From assembly GCA_030681595.1 (NCBI GenBank), contig JAUXSB010000061.1, forward strand, positions 5,392 to 69,391: a stretch of 64,000 bases of DNA, read 5' to 3'. The notes under the pieces are model-generated. The model made no database searches and was not told the DNA's origin. It saw only the letters and a list, made by a program, of their open reading frames with translations. The first letter of the stretch is position 1. Every line of letters starts with the position of its first letter. The stretch comes from Candidatus Omnitrophota bacterium (lineage in GTDB: Bacteria > Omnitrophota > Gorgyraeia > Ghiorseimicrobiales > Ghiorseimicrobiaceae). The translations under genes were made by a program, and so were the position numbers. Shown piece after piece: positions 56,768-64,000 of this stretch.

Positions 56768-58144
56768 TCAGGAAAAGCGGGGCTCATTTTCTATCCCTAA
56801 AGCTTTAAAAATAGCTTTGGCTTTTATTAGCGTCTCTTCGTATTCGGCCTGAGGGATAGAATCAGCTACAATCCCGCCGCCAGTATTAAAATATATTTTA
56901 TCATTTTTTAAAAGCAGCGTGCGGATTAAAATATTTAAATCCATATTACCGGCTAAATCCAGATACCCTAAGGCTCCGGTATAAATATTGCGCCGGGCCG
57001 GTTCCAGCTCTTCTATTATTTCCATTGCCCGGATTTTAGGGCATCCGGTAATTGAACCTCCGGGGAAACAGGCTTTGATTAAATCCAGCCTATCTTTATT
57101 TTTATGAAGCATGCCTTTAATTTCGCTGGTTGTCTGAAACACGGTAGTGTATGTTTCTAATATGCGCGGCCTTGTTACTTTTATGCTTTTATACTCGCAT
57201 ACCCTGCCTAAATCGTTTCTTTCCAAATCCACAATCATTAAAAGCTCAGCCCTATCCTTCTCGGAATTAAGCAATTCTTCTCTCAGGGAATTATCTTCGT
57301 CTTCCACGCTGCCGCGCGCCCTTGTGCCCTTCATCGGGCGGGTTATCACCCGGCTTCCGTTAACCTGCAAAAACCTTTCCGGGGAAGAGCTTAAAATCTT
57401 AAAGTCGCCCGCGTCAAAATAACTGCAAAAGGCGGCAGGAAAAATACCGCGCAGCCTGCGATAGAGAGAAAAAGCATCTGCCTTACAATCCGCTGTAAAA
57501 CGCTGGGATAAATTTAACTGATAAATATCGCCCGCACTTATATACCGCTTTGCTTTATTAACAGCGCGGATATACTCACTTTGGCTGAAATTTGATTTTA
57601 AATTCCTGGCTTTGAATACAGATTCGCGGCTTCCCGCTTCCTCTATTTTTGCCAATAGGCCCGCAATCTCTTTAAAGCGCTCTTTCGCCTTTAGCCTAGC
57701 TAATCTGGTACTTTTTTCAGGCAGGCCGGAGGAAAAAACGGTCAGGCTTTTCTTAATATGGTCTATAGTGATAACCGCGCCGTAAAAACCCAGATAAACG
57801 CTGGGCAATTTTAAATCATCGCTTATCCGGCGCTTAATTTTTTCTAAAATAAAACCTAAATCATAGGAAAAATACCCTAAGAACCCGCACAAAAAAGGCG
57901 AAAGCCTGCGCAAATTCTTTGGTAAGCTAAATTTGTTAAGATAATTCCGTAATAGAGGGAAGGGGTTTTCATTCCTTGCGCCCTTTAAGGTAAATTCCGG
58001 GTTAAAACCTAAAAAAGAATACCTGCCTAAGCCGTCAAAATTTAAGGCGCTGTCTAAGAAAAATACGCCGCGCTTATCCCTTAAGGCGTTAAAAACCGCA
58101 AAAGCATCTTTATCATATTTATAAGTCTTATATATATAGCTCAT
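56768..58144 (-). CDS. pabB: Aminodeoxychorismate synthase component I (chorismate-binding enzyme)
   Basis: …[10 protein letters not shown]…, the chorismate-binding domain signature; 458 aa. Confidence 0.8.
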   Translation of the reverse strand: MSYIYKTYKYDKDAFAVFNALRDKRGVFFLDSALNFDGLGRYSFLGFNPEFTLKGARNENPFPLLRNYLNKFSLPKNLRRLSPFLCGFLGYFSYDLGFILEKIKRRISDDLKLPSVYLGFYGAVITIDHIKKSLTVFSSGLPEKSTRLARLKAKERFKEIAGLLAKIEEAGSRESVFKARNLKSNFSQSEYIRAVNKAKRYISAGDIYQLNLSQRFTADCKADAFSLYRRLRGIFPAAFCSYFDAGDFKILSSSPERFLQVNGSRVITRPMKGTRARGSVEDEDNSLREELLNSEKDRAELLMIVDLERNDLGRVCEYKSIKVTRPRILETYTTVFQTTSEIKGMLHKNKDRLDLIKACFPGGSITGCPKIRAMEIIEELEPARRNIYTGALGYLDLAGNMDLNILIRTLLLKNDKIYFNTGGGIVADSIPQAEYEETLIKAKAIFKALGIENEPRFS

Positions 58145-58220
58145 TAGATTAAACCCGAATCGTGCGTTAGAAATGGATGAAGATTAGTTATGTTCACCAT
58201 GATCTAATGCACAATTTGGG

Positions 58221-59042
58221 TTAAACTATTTCCAAATGCAAAATCCCGTCTATCATAAACGTGCGCTCTTCAGCCCTTAAATGGCAATAGCCCACTAAAC
58301 AATACTTTCCTTCCTGTTTTATTATTTCCAGCGGCATAACTTCGCGCTCGGTAAACTCTCCCCGAAAAACAGAAAAATACCTTATCTTCAGCTTTACGCC
58401 TAAGCTTATTGCCTCTTCTATCTCGGCAATCCGTTCGGAAATTGCTTTATCGGTTACTTGCTTATCTATGCAGAATAAATTACAAATATAAGAAAATTCG
58501 TCGTAACCCTGCGCCTTAAATATAGAAAATAGTTTCTGTAAAATTTCAAAGCTCATCTCTACATCATCGGCGGCGCGGTGCTTCTGCGGCTTAGCTATTT
58601 CAAAATGCTTGGCAACTCCGCTTAGTTTATAACTTAATAAATTAGGTATAAGCGCCCGAGCCATCGCTAAGATATCAATGGTCAAGAGCTCACTAGGGAA
58701 TACTTCATTTATTAACTTTAACTCATTTTTCATAAAACTTTCATCAAAATTAGCGTTATAGGCAAAGAGGGCATTCTCCCCTTTTATAAAATCCATAAAT
58801 CTGGGGATAACCTCCAAAGGGGGCGGCGCATTTTCAAGCATCTCACTGGTTATGCCGTTTACGGCAAAAGCACCCCTAGAAACAGAAACTCCGGGGTTAA
58901 TCAAAGAATGAAACCTCTCTATTATATTCGTACCCTCGGCCTTTACGGCGCCGATCTCCACAACCCTGTCTCCCGATTCAGGCTCCAAGCCGGTAGTCTC
59001 CACATCAAAAATGACAAATTTAATTTCAGATAATTTTGCCAT
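58221..59042 (-). CDS. DnaQ-like DEDDh 3'-5' exonuclease with a C-terminal WYL-like domain
   Basis: FVIFDVETTGLEP (Exo I), YNANFDESF (Exo II), HRAADDVE (Exo III). The C-terminal KYCLVGYCHLRAEERTFMIDGI resembles a WYL motif. Confidence 0.65.
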   Translation of the reverse strand: MAKLSEIKFVIFDVETTGLEPESGDRVVEIGAVKAEGTNIIERFHSLINPGVSVSRGAFAVNGITSEMLENAPPPLEVIPRFMDFIKGENALFAYNANFDESFMKNELKLINEVFPSELLTIDILAMARALIPNLLSYKLSGVAKHFEIAKPQKHRAADDVEMSFEILQKLFSIFKAQGYDEFSYICNLFCIDKQVTDKAISERIAEIEEAISLGVKLKIRYFSVFRGEFTEREVMPLEIIKQEGKYCLVGYCHLRAEERTFMIDGILHLEIV

Positions 59043-60387
59043 AGGCTTTCTCCAGAATATAGGCGCTTATTTTCCTTTCCGGGCGGTAAGACAACTTTAC
59101 CTTCCTGATATTTTCCAGCCCGGAATCATCCATCACATTGATATATTTATATTTTTTTAAATCAAGGCAGAATTCTCTAAATAAAAATTGGGCAATACCC
59201 TTAAATTTTAAATCCGCTGTCTCAGCCATTATACAGAAGGTATCATCATTTAGTTCAAAGCCGAAGGTATAGGCCTTAATCTCTGCACCTATCCTGATTA
59301 CCTTTCCCAAAAGCCCAAGCCGGGAAAGATTAAGCAAGGCTTCTTCCTGCGCCAAGCAATTATCATCCAATATGGCATGGTAAAATTCTTTATCGCCTGC
59401 ATCAATCCTTTGCCCCTCTTTATGCAGGCGTTCCTTGCGCCACTCTGCCAAAACGCTTAAACATTCAAACGTATAACCCGGCGTCAGCACCTGGCAGCTA
59501 TATTTATAATTCTTGACAAAATAATTGCAATTTGCGCGCTTCGCCTTAAATTTATCGCCGCAAAGCCCTGCCAAATCATCCCTTAAGTACACATACTCTT
59601 TTTCCTTCGGGATAATCACAAAACCGTTATTTTGACAAGGATCTAATATGCTTTCTTCAATATTCTCTATACGTGAGATGGCCCGGTTAGTATTGCGCGC
59701 GTCCATAATACGGAAACACTCATTAAGCAACTCCTTATCTATCCTTTTACCTAAAGGAGGAAGATACATAAAACACCCGGCCTTATCCTGAAAAAAAACA
59801 CAGAGGCAATCGCCAATAATTTTATAGCGGATATCAAATAACGAACGCCAACTGTAAATATTGGCAAAAGAATATGCAGAGATTTCATGCCCCCTAATTT
59901 TCAGGTATTTTTCAAAAAGCGGCTTATCTTCAATCTTAATGTGGCTGCCTAAAATTTCTCCGTTTAAATTTATTTCTGAGACAATTTTAAGTTCTTCGTT
60001 GTACCGGCAGATCAGGCCCGAATTATCCCGCAAAAATTTTTTTGCCTCGTCGCCGTTTAAAAAATCATTTAAGTAGGAGGCGTAACCCCTGAACTCTTCT
60101 GTATTTATTTTTTGGGACGCATAAAGGCAGTTTAAATCAACGGCAAGGTAAACTTTCCCGCCTTGTCCGTGCAGAATGAACGGATAAATGCGACAGTCAA
60201 GGAAACGCGCCTCATAATTACGGCATTTACGCATAGAGGCTTCAAAAGAGGAACAAATAAAATAATCATTGCAGGAAACAACCTCGCGCTTATACGGCGT
60301 CCACGGCGTATCTTTTTCGCTAAACCTGCAGCAGCCGTCGCATTCAAGGCATATTTCCTGCGGGATAAACTGTTTCACCTGCATCAT
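59026..60387 (-). CDS. Fusion of a YkgJ-type CxxCxxCC Cys-cluster domain and a DUF2156 (MprF C-terminal-like, aminoacyl-tRNA-dependent transferase fold) domain
   Basis: The N-terminal CLECDGCC…C cluster is followed by SAYSFANIYSWR…EYVYLRDDLAGLCGDKFKAKRANCNYF, the DUF2156 hallmark strings. It overlaps both neighbours by 4-17 nt. Confidence 0.55.
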   Translation of the reverse strand: MMQVKQFIPQEICLECDGCCRFSEKDTPWTPYKREVVSCNDYFICSSFEASMRKCRNYEARFLDCRIYPFILHGQGGKVYLAVDLNCLYASQKINTEEFRGYASYLNDFLNGDEAKKFLRDNSGLICRYNEELKIVSEINLNGEILGSHIKIEDKPLFEKYLKIRGHEISAYSFANIYSWRSLFDIRYKIIGDCLCVFFQDKAGCFMYLPPLGKRIDKELLNECFRIMDARNTNRAISRIENIEESILDPCQNNGFVIIPKEKEYVYLRDDLAGLCGDKFKAKRANCNYFVKNYKYSCQVLTPGYTFECLSVLAEWRKERLHKEGQRIDAGDKEFYHAILDDNCLAQEEALLNLSRLGLLGKVIRIGAEIKAYTFGFELNDDTFCIMAETADLKFKGIAQFLFREFCLDLKKYKYINVMDDSGLENIRKVKLSYRPERKISAYILEKAYGKII

Positions 60388-60704
60388 TTTACAATACTCC
60401 CGGGCTTACGCGGCTTATCTACGATAAGGATACTTAAGCCTTCGTCATCAGAGGCGGCTAAAAGCATACCCTGGCTTTCCACTCCGCGCACGGCCTTTGG
60501 CTCTAAGTTATCCACGATAATAACCTGCCTGCCGATTAATTCTTCCGGCAGATAATATGGCCGTATGCCTGCCACCAATTGTTTCTCTGCTCCTCCGGTA
60601 TCAATTTTTAAAACATATAATTTATCGGCATCGGGATGCACGGTAACTTCTTTAATCACCGCCACCTTTAACTCTGTTTTTCTAAATTCATCGTATGTAA
60701 CCAT
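60384..60704 (-). CDS. CsaA/Myf-type tRNA-binding domain protein
   Basis: FRKTELKVAVIKEVTVHPDADKLYVLKIDTG…GIRPYY, the EMAP/CsaA OB-fold signature. Confidence 0.7.
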   Translation of the reverse strand: MVTYDEFRKTELKVAVIKEVTVHPDADKLYVLKIDTGGAEKQLVAGIRPYYLPEELIGRQVIIVDNLEPKAVRGVESQGMLLAASDDEGLSILIVDKPRKPGSIVK

Positions 60705-61114
60705 TATTCCATCCCCCTTATTCTTACGCGCATTTTTTTCTTTTCAGAATGCAGGCGCTTATTTTGCAGTATTTTTTCTTTGGCGCGCCTTGAGCGCCGC
60801 TTTTTTTGCCTACGGATTTTTTCAATCAGCTTTCTTTGAGCGGCAATAAACCCATTTTTCCTTTCCTCAATTAAATCCAGAAGCCGCCTGCGGCCCAAGT
60901 ATCGGTTAAGGCTCTGTGCGCGTTCCTGCTGGCATTTTACTTCTATTCCCGTAGAAATATGCCTTAAATATACGCAGGTAGAGGTTTTATTGACATTCTG
61001 GCCGCCCGGCCCTGAGGAACGGATAAATTTCTCCTCAATGTCTTCCTCGCGCACGCCTAAACTCCGCATCCGCGCGAAAAGTTCCTTTTCCTTCTCTATC
61101 GATACGCTGAACAT
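60704..61114 (-). CDS. arfB: Peptidyl-tRNA hydrolase ArfB (alternative ribosome-rescue factor, GGQ motif)
   Basis: SSGPGGQNVNKTSTCV plus a basic C-terminal tail KKRRSRRAKE. Confidence 0.75.
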   Translation of the reverse strand: MFSVSIEKEKELFARMRSLGVREEDIEEKFIRSSGPGGQNVNKTSTCVYLRHISTGIEVKCQQERAQSLNRYLGRRRLLDLIEERKNGFIAAQRKLIEKIRRQKKRRSRRAKEKILQNKRLHSEKKKMRVRIRGME

Positions 61115-61122
61115 CGCTTATT

Positions 61123-61725
61123 TTAAAAAACGTACTTTAACAACAGGAACCCTACTATCAAAAGCGCAACAAAGATTATAGAAAGGATGTCAAAATATTT
61201 CTCAATAGATTTCTCGATTCTTTCGCCGAATAGGCGCAAAGCTCCGGCAACCAAAAAGAACCTTCCGGCGCGCCCGATGACAGAAGCCGCGATAAAGACG
61301 GTTAGCGAAATTTTAAATAAACCTGCCGTGATTGTTATCGCCTTATAAGGTATCGGGGTAAAAGCAGCGGTAAATATTGTAAAAAAGGCATTTTCAGCGT
61401 ATTTTTTCCCGATCAGTTCCACTATCGCCTCTAATTTATAAGTGCTAACGATGAATTTTCCGGCACTTTCATATAGGCCCCAGCCGATTAAATATCCGAA
61501 GAGCGCGCCGCAAACCGAACCGATGGTGCATATCGCTGCATAGCGTAGCCATTTTTTCTTCTCTGCCACAACCATTGCGATTAAAAGCACATCCGGAGGA
61601 ATAGGGAAAAAAGAGCTCTCAATAAAAGCCACTCCGAAAAGGGCATAAGGGGCATTCTTTGTCCTTGACCACTGAATAGTCCAATCGTACATTTTTCTTA
61701 AATAGTTAAACATATTCCCTTTCAA
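61123..61725 (-). CDS. DedA/YqaA family membrane protein
   Basis: FIESSFFPIPPDVLLI motif and 4-5 TM helices. Confidence 0.6.
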   Translation of the reverse strand: MKGNMFNYLRKMYDWTIQWSRTKNAPYALFGVAFIESSFFPIPPDVLLIAMVVAEKKKWLRYAAICTIGSVCGALFGYLIGWGLYESAGKFIVSTYKLEAIVELIGKKYAENAFFTIFTAAFTPIPYKAITITAGLFKISLTVFIAASVIGRAGRFFLVAGALRLFGERIEKSIEKYFDILSIIFVALLIVGFLLLKYVF

Positions 61726-61765
61726 TCAAGTTTAGTAAACAAAGAATCCGCCCGTAATAAATTAA

Positions 61766-63829
61766 TTATTCCTTAAGAAGATTTTTAATATCGGGAAGGG
61801 CCCTGTTTGTTTCTTCTTCGCCTTTTTCAATCAGTGCTTCTATTTTATAAAACTCAAACCAATCCGTGCCTAAGGCAAACGGGCGAATCACAACATCTGC
61901 CATCTGGCAATTTGATTCGGAGACAGCCGACTCTAAAGTTTGGATGCTGTTAACAATCACGTCGAATATATTAGGGAAAAACGTATTCTTCATGCGGACT
62001 TTTAAACGATAGGCTATTTTAGCAAAAAACCCTTTTGCCTTTGCCTGTTTCATTGACGCTTCTAATTGTTTTTGGTTAAACTCGTAATTCTGCAGTATAT
62101 GTTCCGGCCGCGGCAGAGTATCCACCGCGATTATCTTTTTTATCCCCATCTTAACTAATGTAGCTATCGGCACAGGCTCAATAATTCCGCCGTCGACAAG
62201 CAGGTCGCCGTTTACTTTTACAGGCGCAAAAAGCCCCGGAATAGCAATGCTTGCCATCACCGCGTCCACCAAGCTGCCTGAGTCAAAAATGAATTTGCTT
62301 CTCTTGCTGATATTGCATGCCACTATTCTAAGCGGAAGATGGCTGTCCTGAAATGTCTTTTTACCGATAACTTTATGCAAAAATTTCTTTATCCTTTTTC
62401 CTTTGGCAAAGGACAATTTAGGAAAGCAAAAATCCAGTAAAAGATGAAATACTTTCCGGGGGCTGTTAAATTCCATGAGAACTTTCTCCAGCTCGCTGCT
62501 ATTTAAGCCTACCGCCCAAAAAGCCGCGATCAAAGCACCCATACTTGAGCCCACCACTACATCAATCGGAATATTCTCCCGCTCAAGTACCTTGATTACC
62601 CCGACATGCGCTAAACCAAAAGCCGCCCCTCCGCTTAACGCCAGCCCCACACGCACATCGCCAATTTCGCGGACAATCCGGCGCAGGATTTTCTTGTATT
62701 CATCTTCAAGGCGCTGCCGCGCGGCTTTATCTTCATGGCTATCACTCCAAAACATCGGCAAGGCGGCATATATTTTATTTCCCAAAGCACCGGAAGCCTC
62801 TTTAACAGAAAGGCAATCCTGCCCGTTTTTCTCATTAATAACTATCTTGAGCTTATCCTGGGGTAAATTTATCTTCGTGCGTAAATCGTCTATTAAAACC
62901 TTGGTCTTGGCTAAATTCTCAATATGGTTATCCGTGACTATGTTGACAATATCCGACTGCCGCAGCGCCTGATAGACCACTTCATCCGGCTCTGCCAGAA
63001 GATCAACTACAACGTAGTGATATTCTCCGGCAAGCTGGGTTAAAAGCGCACTTAAGTTAGCGGTATATCTTCCGTCGGTATGCTCGTGCGCTACATTTAA
63101 GATATCCAAACCGCTAGGCTCATCTTTTATGATGGCGCTTTGAATAACCTTACTTGTAAAGAAAGGCGTATCCAGCTTTATTACCGGCAAATCACTGTTA
63201 TCTGCTTTACTGATATCCATGGCACGGCATACTTCATTCGCTTTTTTGCTTATATCTAAAAGAAGGACGTTCCGCTCGGTTTCCTTCTTTAAATTTAAGG
63301 CGAGATTAACCGCGTATCTGGTGCGGCCGATGCCCCTTACGGCGCTGAAAATCGAAATGATATTGCTTTCAAAGATCCTTTTTTCCTCGGTGTCTTTTTT
63401 TCTCAGGCGCCGGGATAAAGTCTTGCTTAAATCAATAGCTAAATGCGGAATATGGCTTAAAATTATCTGAAAATCATCTTTCTCAATCTTTAAAATTTTA
63501 GAGTCATTGGCGGCAATGGCATTTACCGAATGAGAATCCCCCGTAAGCAAAGAAATAATCCCGAAGTAATTCCCGCAATGCAGGTATTCCAAGGTTTCAT
63601 TTTTTCGCTTCCCGCTTACAATACGCACCCTGCCCGTGATTACGCAGTAGAAAGCATCCGGAGGGTCAAATTCTTTATAAATTAAATCGTCTTTTTTATA
63701 CTCAACTACTTTGCTTCTCTCGATGATTAAATTTTTTTCAAACAGGTTAAGGTTAGAAAAAATCGGCGCGTAATCAACGATAAACGATTTATCCAGGTCT
63801 TTCTTAAAAATACCAAAAGGCAGATTCAT
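61766..63829 (-). CDS. NTE-like protein: cyclic-nucleotide-binding domain, a degenerate P-loop-like middle region, and a patatin-like phospholipase domain
   Basis: N-terminal cNMP-binding beta-barrel (…GNYFG…RSATV-type region). Patatin motifs GLALSGGAAFG and GSSMG (GxSxG), with an Asp in DGG. The ATG at 63829 is preferred over the track's GTG at 63838. Confidence 0.7.
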   Translation of the reverse strand: MNLPFGIFKKDLDKSFIVDYAPIFSNLNLFEKNLIIERSKVVEYKKDDLIYKEFDPPDAFYCVITGRVRIVSGKRKNETLEYLHCGNYFGIISLLTGDSHSVNAIAANDSKILKIEKDDFQIILSHIPHLAIDLSKTLSRRLRKKDTEEKRIFESNIISIFSAVRGIGRTRYAVNLALNLKKETERNVLLLDISKKANEVCRAMDISKADNSDLPVIKLDTPFFTSKVIQSAIIKDEPSGLDILNVAHEHTDGRYTANLSALLTQLAGEYHYVVVDLLAEPDEVVYQALRQSDIVNIVTDNHIENLAKTKVLIDDLRTKINLPQDKLKIVINEKNGQDCLSVKEASGALGNKIYAALPMFWSDSHEDKAARQRLEDEYKKILRRIVREIGDVRVGLALSGGAAFGLAHVGVIKVLERENIPIDVVVGSSMGALIAAFWAVGLNSSELEKVLMEFNSPRKVFHLLLDFCFPKLSFAKGKRIKKFLHKVIGKKTFQDSHLPLRIVACNISKRSKFIFDSGSLVDAVMASIAIPGLFAPVKVNGDLLVDGGIIEPVPIATLVKMGIKKIIAVDTLPRPEHILQNYEFNQKQLEASMKQAKAKGFFAKIAYRLKVRMKNTFFPNIFDVIVNSIQTLESAVSESNCQMADVVIRPFALGTDWFEFYKIEALIEKGEEETNRALPDIKNLLKE

Positions 63830-63838
63830 AGCTATCAC

Positions 63839-64000
63839 CTATTTGATGATTTCATTCTCCAGCCACTCATATTCTCCCGCAAGGAGCTTCTTGGCAATTT
63901 TATCGCTTAATTTATCCTGATTAAAACAGGTATCCTGAAAATTGCGCTTAATGCGTACCCTTGCCTCTTTGCAGAACAAATCTGCCAATTCTACAGGCGA
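63839..64000 (-). CDS. 3' end of an unidentified gene (partial)
   Basis: An open minus-strand frame ending …AGEYEWLENEIIK* at 63839; only 53 codons are visible. Confidence 0.3.
   Translation of the reverse strand, partial: SPVELADLFCKEARVRIKRNFQDTCFNQDKLSDKIAKKLLAGEYEWLENEIIK

Noticed and set aside
1-64000. Search for an integrase, transposase or IS elements to explain the insertions
   Set aside because: No tyrosine or serine recombinase or DDE transposase motif was recognisable in any frame. The mobile-element calls rest only on duplicated gene-end footprints.

Overview
The window is 64 kb of a Gram-negative-type bacterial chromosome, read from sequence alone. The core genes are leuS, comEA, yajQ, rpmA, rlmN, accA, yifB/comM, folE, mnmE, folC, purH, kamA, rpe, pabB/pabC, arfB, and two tRNAs (Ala-GGC and Leu-CAA).

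The left ~13.7 kb looks like an acquired accessory region. By eye it is much more AT-rich than the core, and it ends exactly where comEC is truncated, inside its GTAHLL motif. It carries a tightly packed, same-strand operon rich in nucleases. In order of transcription: a class-B (B12-binding) radical SAM gene, a ParB/Srx-like gene, an Mrr-like gene, a small DUF5679-like zinc-ribbon gene, a NucS/DUF4263-like PD-(D/E)xK nuclease, and an HsdR-like nuclease-helicase that runs off the left edge. A second operon follows (YiiX-like amidase, secreted EEP nuclease, membrane proteins), then an RHH gene plus an unknown 386-aa gene at the comEC junction. This is the best candidate in the window for an undescribed defense system.

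Other notable signals:
- A c-di-GMP-I (GEMM) riboswitch with a terminator expression platform sits upstream of two tandemly duplicated small secreted Cys-motif proteins.
- Two cargo insertions are flanked by duplicated ends of housekeeping genes: a HepT/MNT toxin-antitoxin pair between copies of the mnmE 5' end, and a radical SAM/SPASM gene between a live yifB 3' end and a decayed copy of it.
- At least five in-frame tracts of tandem heptanucleotide repeats lie inside folC and mnmE.
- A short GC-rich palindromic element (GGCGGATCCGCC) recurs at two loci, once inside folC.
- Two PilZ fusion proteins are present (STAS-PilZ and M48 protease-PilZ).
- A YchF paralog has lost its G domain.
- A tRNA-themed operon (ArfB, CsaA-like, YkgJ-DUF2156 fusion, DnaQ-WYL exonuclease) and an NTE-like cNMP-binding patatin phospholipase are present.

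No CRISPR array, rRNA, integrase or transposase was seen.
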